A stretch of 64,000 bases of DNA from Eledone cirrhosa (taxonomy: Eukaryota), in assembly GCA_964016885.1 (NCBI GenBank), contig OZ024743.1:221216001-221280000 (forward strand). Direction: 5' to 3'. How positions within the stretch are numbered: position 1 is the stretch's first letter; every line of letters starts with the position of its first letter. The translations under genes were made by a program, and so were the position numbers. The notes beneath the pieces are model-generated. The model made no database searches. It saw only the letters and a list, made by a program, of their open reading frames with translations, and was not told where the DNA came from. This document shows, in pieces, positions 56,365 to 64,000 of the stretch.

Positions 56365-57664
56365 TATATTTATATACATATATGCCTTTATATATACGTA
56401 TATATATATATATATATATATTTCATTTACCTGTAAATCATTTCTAATGCAAATTGAGTTGGCTGCCTAAAACTAATTCATCGTTGAGAATAATGAAGTT
56501 TCACATCTTCAGACTAAATATATTGAAATTAGATTCCATTTGAGCAGTTTGGCTATTAGAAAATGGATGAGAAATTATATATTGCTCTTGAGAAGGAACG
56601 CCGTCCAAATGAGTAGAAAGCTCTTCTTCTTTGGCAACTTAATTTAAATTGCTACGGCCGTCATATACAATTGAATGGGACTTGGTAGCCTGGACCATGT
56701 TTTCGCTAATGGTTTTAGGTGTACATTTTAGATGTGCACAAGACAAATATATATCCATCATATCATATATTTCACACGTTTAGGGAGACATCTACATTTT
56801 ACAAACAATGCATCTCCTATATAGCCTTTAATCAGTGATGGTGTCGTAGGGTCGCTGTCGCGATGTAAAGCCTTTCTTACGCATTCAGGCCTGGTGGAGC
56901 CCATCTCACTCTAGGTCTGAGAAATAGTGAAAAAAATTGCGTGAGAAAGAGAAGTGATAAAGTACTATAGAGGAAGAATTAAGCCCATTATTGAACTGTT
57001 AAAATATTTATCGACTTCGAAACGATGGAAACAAAGATCACCTACCCGGAATTTAAAATCAGGACGCAGAAGGCTGCAACAAATGTTTAAAATCATTCGC
57101 CGACTTATCAAAGCATAAATAAACAATGTATATATTACAACAAACATATGCATCTTAAGGGTGTTTTCCTTGCTAAAACCAGTGTTAGCCTTCCGTGAAC
57201 CATAACAAGATTCTCCATTTTCCTTATCTTCTTCTACATCCTTCCTCAACCCTATGACCACCTGCAGTATATCACTGGTACTTACATTACTCAGGTGATA
57301 TGAGATACTACGTTAACGTGAAACATTACAACACACAACACACGAGAATTAAAATTGACCTTCCTGGATATAGAGATTACAATTCTAGGATGTAACTTTT
57401 TTCCTTAATTAAGAACATAAATTGCAATAATTGTAAATCATTAGGTAATTATTAGAGAAACATTCAAAAGAAAACAATTGTTGAGACGAGCTGAACAAAC
57501 AGAAAATTTATCGACGACAGAACAATGAAATATTACTAAGAGTAAATTTTTGAAATACGAGGAAGTTAAGAGATAAAGACTTGCAAATTATATTGTAATG
57601 ATCTACGTCGTATATTCAATATACTCACCTATCCGTTGTAATATGAAATTAATATGAAATTAAT

Positions 57665-57865
57665 GGTTTCTGAATTAGGTACAAGACCAGCAAGTCGACG
57701 AAATCGACTCTAGTGCGTCACTGGTACTTAATTTTTTCGACCACATAAGGATGAAACCCCAAAGCTTACCTAGGCCGGATTGGAATTCAGAAGGTAAAGG
57801 GACGTAACTCTATGGTGGAAAGGATGTTGCCCTTTGCTGTACAGATACTGCCAATCCACCGCCCT
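57665..57865 (-). mobile_element. SINE family 1-related full-length copy
   Basis: CTGGTACTT..TCGACC..AAGGATGAAA..AAAGGGACGTAACT..GATACTGCCAATCCAC. Confidence 0.8.
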
Positions 57866-59304
57866 TTCTAATATGAAGTTAATGTTATTGTTAATATCAT
57901 TATTGAGGTTTAATAGTTCGCTTCCAAATCATTAGGCTGCTGTTTCGATCCCATTGTGAGACATCTTAAGCAAGTATCAGTTATCGAAGCCTCGGGTCGA
58001 CCCATGTCTCAGGAATGACATTAAGTAGACGGAAATTGTTTAGAAGTTCGTTGGATGGACAGTACATATAATTCAAAGGGAAAACCTTGTCACATATTGT
58101 GTCAGGGTGAATCTCATTTAGAATTTGTATTGAATTCTGCAGCATTAGGTATCCACCAGTAATATTTCTCTGCTAAGTAAACTACATTTCAGTAGAGTCG
58201 AGTAATTCACTTCGATATCGAACAACAATAAACAATTGTTCAAACATTTCGAAAAGTAGGAACGTTACAATTCTGTATTGTATTTGTTTGGCAAGCGATT
58301 TGATTTAAGACAATGAGTTTAATCTAAATCAATTACATCGTGGGCGATTCCTTTTAGACATTCCAACGCCCCCAAAATGCATTAACTTCATTTTACATTC
58401 CAGAGATCAGGTCGCAAATAGGGCGATGTCAATTTTGAAGCCAAGAAATATACGATAAATGTAAAATGAAATTAAACGTTTTTGTGTATTTATAAATGAC
58501 TAAAATGATATTTCCACGCTGTAATTACAATACCTTTACGGCAAATCCAAATTATTTGAACCTCGTTCTTTAGTTCCGGAACTCAGTAAGCCGGATACAC
58601 ACCAGCTTCGTAAAACAGTGCAAGCTAATATCCTATTACGCTAAAAGACAACGTGATTCATCTCCCACTCCCCATTTTGTTTTTCAATTTATTAGTAAAT
58701 TACACACCCAGTTCAATTTGGTTTTCCTTTTATATGTATATTTTTTCTCTTTTTTTAGATGTATTATTTTTTGTTTGCGTTTTTCATTTTCGCTTTCACA
58801 ACGCACCCAAGTAGTTTACTAGTCATTAATGTGAGTGTGAAATTTGTAATATCTCAAAACCTACGCCATTAGTATACCAAATAAGCACCAAATCTCTCGT
58901 TTGAGTAATATGTTTGAATTGAAAAGGAAATACATAATAATAGACAAAAAATCTAAAATGGAGTTATTTTTTATTATTTTTATGATAGTTTTCATTATGG
59001 TGTATAAAAATAATTAAACGAAAATCAAAAATAAAACATTAACAACACTATTTTTTTTCTTCCTCTTCAATTACAACTTTTGACCACTTTCTCGTGAATC
59101 ATACATTCTACTTAAGACTAAGAACAGGATGCGGAATTTGTTTTCGAATATGAAAGAAAAAAATATTAGTACTTAACAGTTAAGTTGACCGTTTTGGTTG
59201 GTTCCACTTCTTAGTATATATACATTGCTGATGCGTTATATTTTTTTTAACTGTCTGTGTATGCATATGCGTCTATCACTCCCTCTATCGTTCTGTTTCT
59301 ATAA

Positions 59305-59363
<59 letters not shown>

Positions 59364-59385
59364 TATACATATATGTGTGTCTGTC

Positions 59386-59416
<31 letters not shown>

Positions 59417-59569
59417 GTTCGTGGTGTGTATCCAGTGAATTACATTTAGAATGTACTGTGGCAGCTTTCGGCCTCTCGATAAATATAAGAAAAACTGAAG
59501 ACGTGTAACAGTCGGAAAGTGGAATGACAGAACCTGAAACCCCGACCATACTGAAACCCTGGCCATAGC

Positions 59570-60220
59570 GAAACCACTTCTGAATGTAGTGAAGAATTCA
59601 CCTATTTAGGCAATACAAACACTGATGATAACAGCCTGGATGTGGAGAAGGATTGCTGCATCCAGTCAGTTGTGGTCGCTTTCGGAAAGTTCAACGAACA
59701 TCTGTGGAAACAATGAGGCATAAAACTGTCACCAAAAAATCCCAAATGTAACGAGCAATAGTACTATCTTGTACGTTGTACCTCTTTGAGATATACACAC
59801 TCTATCGTCGACACATTAAAAAGCTTATGAGCTGCCAAGTGTACCATCAATGATCCATAATCAATACCTCCTGGCGTGAACACATCTTGAACCACGTGGA
59901 TCTGCAGCGCACCGATATATCTATTGTTGAGTCCATTAGGATTTCCAAGGCCGTGCTCAACCCTGCCCCGAAATGTGGAAGCCGTTGAAAAGGATTCTCA
60001 AAATTCTCCTAAGTGAAGCATGTGGCCTGATTACAACAATATAACAGTGGACAGTGACTTAACGCAAGGAGAGAGCAAAAGGTGCAGAATCCAACTGATC
60101 CGAACAAAACGAAAGAGCGTAAAAAACCAAAGCAAAAAAAAAAAACAGCGAAAGATCTGCTACACTCGCACTACCAAGTCTATCTGTCAATGTTTGCGGC
60201 CGAAGTTACGTTAGTGATTT

Positions 60221-60225
<5 letters not shown>
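59570..60225 (+). mobile_element. Degraded RTE-clade LINE 3' fragment
   Basis: FTYLGNTNTDDNSLDVE..AFGKFNEHLWKQ*GIKLS..RAIVLSCTLYLFEIYTLYRRHIK resembles the RTE post-RT region; a terminal C..CGR..GL remnant lies near 60180-60225. Confidence 0.68.
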
Positions 60226-60312
<87 letters not shown>

Positions 60313-60376
60313 AGGCCAACACAGACACAAAGTGGTTTACCTGCATGGCCGCAGTCTACTGACTAAAACCAGAAAA

Positions 60377-60426
<50 letters not shown>

Positions 60427-60506
60427 ATAATAATAAAATTGAAGACTAAGATCCCGTTAAGGGTGAAAGCAGCGATTCTTTGCTTAAACTTTAATCTGTT
60501 ATTTTA

Positions 60507-60594
<88 letters not shown>

Positions 60595-60842
60595 ATATAT
60601 ATATATATATATACAAATTTTAGTACAGCATCAACGAAGCTTTTGGCAGCAGCCAAGCTAACGAATGCAGATTCGGTGTGCAGCTAAGCATTCAATGGTG
60701 GATATTACGCCAGAGTTATAACATTACGTTTAGATAGCTTTGCAAATCAAATACACCGACCGATAGTCGGGCCGCATTGCCATAGCGAGAGAAAAAAACT
60801 GAACTCAGGAAAAAAAAATATATATATATATATATATACATA

Positions 60843-61021
60843 GAATAAAGAAGCTGTGGTAATGTGCCAAGTGGACTATATCGCACTAGAGTACTCGATA
60901 CTTAGGGTAGTAGAGTGGGTAATATGAAAAGAGTCAGGACACCGACGGCTGAGCTGCGGCCGTTTCGGATCTAGCTGTCGAAACGACCGGAGCTCAGTCG
61001 TAGGGGTCCTGACTCTTTTCA
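60843..61021 (-). mobile_element. (TA)n-embedded hairpin+tail element, copy G
   Basis: GGTAGTAGAGTGGGTAAT, then arms TGAAAAGAGTCAGGAC..GTCCTGACTCTTTTCA. Confidence 0.87.
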
Positions 61022-61432
61022 TATATATATATAGAGAGAGAGATTTCGGCTTTCTACGGCCTTTATGATATATAGAGATAACGTAGAGAAGTCCGAAAGA
61101 CACTAGTGAATTATATATTAGACACGTCTACAATTATTATCGCGTAACACCCAGTCTAAAACACAATATTGATTTATTTACTGCTGTGCTTTGAGAAGAC
61201 TGTCTGTTTTACCTCCCATTTTCTCTTACTCTCATATTTAGTATCTAGAACCACTTCCGGTAGTTTTGCAATAAAACAAAAGGCCTTAGTTTGTAAAACG
61301 AAAATGAATTATACTAATGAGATCAAAAGAATATATATAAATATATACGTATATATATATATGTGTGTGTGTGTACACACATATAAGTGTGTGTATGTAT
61401 ATATGTGTATCTGTTCGTACACACACAGACAT

Positions 61433-61512
<80 letters not shown>

Positions 61513-61786
61513 AGAGAGAGAGGGACAGATAGGAAGACAAGTGGATAGATAATTATAGGTGTAGATATATGCATACACAATCACGACATTCATATACATA
61601 TATATGTATATATATATGTGTGTGTGTGTACGGATGTCTGAATTGATAAGCATAAATTACAGCGTGTATATATATATATATATATGTATATATACTTACA
61701 CAATTATACTTACATATATATCTATACATGTGTTTGTAACTATTTCTGTATAACCATAAATGACAACGGATATATATATATGTATA

Positions 61787-62133
<347 letters not shown>

Positions 62134-62588
62134 AGCAGAGTGAGAGGAGGGAGAGGAGAGAGAAAAACGGAGAGAGGAGATAGAGAGAAAGAGAGAAAGA
62201 AAGGAGAGAGAGACAGTGTGTTCGGGGAAAGATAGAGACATAAATTTAATTACATACACACACATATATATATATGTGTGTGTGTGTGTGTGTATACGCG
62301 TTTGTGTACGAGATTGTGTGTTATTTTATATCACTATATACAATAGTGTTTGCGTATATGTGATAGTGCATTGTGTATGAGTGAGCGTGTACATATGTGT
62401 GTGTGGGTGAGTGTGTTTGTGAAACTTCGTTGATATATTTAATTACCTAGGACAATTTAAATACTGCACACAAAATAAAGCAAATTAATAAAACCAAAGT
62501 AATCTGAACAATATTTGCACTCCCAATTATTTATATTGCTAACATACAGACTTATGCGTGTGTGTTTCTCTTCGTACGAGTATCTCTT

Positions 62589-62604
62589 TATATGTTTCCA
62601 TACT

Positions 62605-62670
<66 letters not shown>

Positions 62671-62690
62671 CCTTAGTATGGAAACATATA
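62589..62690. repeat. Short inverted repeat around (TA)n
   Basis: TATATGTTTCCATACTAAGGTA-(TA)n-TACCTTAGTATGGAAACATATA. Confidence 0.88.
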
Positions 62691-62725
62691 TAGATATATA
62701 TATATACATGTATATATATATAGAG

Positions 62726-62768
<43 letters not shown>

Positions 62769-62864
62769 TGTATAAAAACTTATGAAAGGAAAGGATCTGC
62801 GTGGTTACTAAATACATATATATAATAGTAATAGGGTTATAGTATATATATAGTATATATATAG

Positions 62865-62972
<108 letters not shown>

Positions 62973-63115
62973 TATATGTGTGTGTGTGTTTGTATGTGTG
63001 TTTATAGGTAGCTAGGTAGATTAATAGGTAGATATGTAGACAGATAGAGACATATAGAGAGAGAGATGGGCGCATGGAGATATATATATATATATATACG
63101 CACACACATACACAC

Positions 63116-63213
<98 letters not shown>

Positions 63214-63276
63214 AGAGAGTTGGGTTCATGGATAGATAGATAGGGAGATATAGGTTAGATTTTGAAGATTATAAAT

Positions 63277-63407
63277 ATTTGTTTCTACTTTTGGCACAGG
63301 GCCAGCAATTATCCAGTACATTACTGGTACTTTATTTTATCGACCCCGTAAGGATGAAAGGCAAAGTCAACCTCGGCGGGATTTGAACTCAGATCGTAAA
63401 GAGACGT
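63277..63407 (-). mobile_element. SINE family 1, 5'-truncated, with apparent target-site duplication
   Basis: Matches other copies; flanked by direct repeat TTGAAGATTATAAATA at ~63262 and ~63407. Confidence 0.9.
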
Positions 63408-63769
63408 TGAAGATTATAAATAATATTTGCGCAAACCACATTCAACAGTCGATATTATCACCGGATTTACGAGAAGATATGGACATATTGCGTAATAGAG
63501 GGTTGCCCATATATATATAAATATATCATTTATACTGTATCCATGAATACTTTATAGCTTGAATTTGCATGATGTCACAGCAATTAGCAGGTGTATTGCA
63601 GAAATGATCACTACGTAATAAATTGAAGTTTTCATTTTATAACTGTTTGCATTAACGTGTAAGATGTCAAGCATTCCTCAGAGATGCATATCGTTAACTT
63701 AATTCACAAGTAGTCGACTAAAGGAAAATATATCTTACAGACACAAACATGTACTCATGTATATTCACA

Positions 63770-64000
63770 GAATGGACCATCATCGCTTTCAGCAATCACT
63801 CTTCCAATTGTTCGAACAACTGAACGTCTGACTCGTTAATAAAATAAATGTGTAAATGGTTGAGTATTCCAGAGACACATCATAACGTAATTCCCAATGC
63901 TATTTATTGTATAACAGTATGTAGGAAGGCCGGTCCTTTGAATTACAGATACTTTCCATCCGATTGGTCTACCAATATTTCCCCTCTACTCAATTTCACT
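63770..64000 (-). mobile_element. Old SINE (second family), runs off the window end
   Basis: TTGTTCGAACAA..GAGTATTCCAGAGACACAT..GGTCCTTTGAATTACAG is similar to 19730-19860. Confidence 0.55.

Noticed and set aside
58530-58650. Possible minus-strand exon ending in AAG|GTATTG
   Set aside because: All three frames contain stops and no homology is recognisable.
59490-59525. CTGAAGA..GAAA hammerhead-like string
   Set aside because: Stem II pairs poorly and stems I and III are absent; could be chance.

Overview
This is AT-rich, microsatellite-saturated eukaryotic DNA, most consistent with an intronic or intergenic region of an octopus/cephalopod genome (inferred from repeat content, not proven). 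No host protein-coding exon can be supported, and almost all tracked ORFs are microsatellite artefacts. The window contains an ~11 kb (GTT)-derived minisatellite, a decayed R4/Dong-type RLE LINE with a Tx1/L1-clade LINE nested at its (TAA)n tail, further Dong, Tx1 and RTE fragments, many tRNA-type SINE copies and mariner-like MITEs. The most interesting signal is a set of short fold-back elements embedded in (TA)n tracts. One family has 8 copies whose hairpin arms co-vary within each copy. Two other elements with the same architecture carry hammerhead-ribozyme cores, and one of these also carries a Penelope GIY-YIG C-terminus, pointing to a (TA)n-targeting Penelope-like system. The main SINE also appears to share its 3' tail with the (ATT)n-inserting Tx1 LINE.
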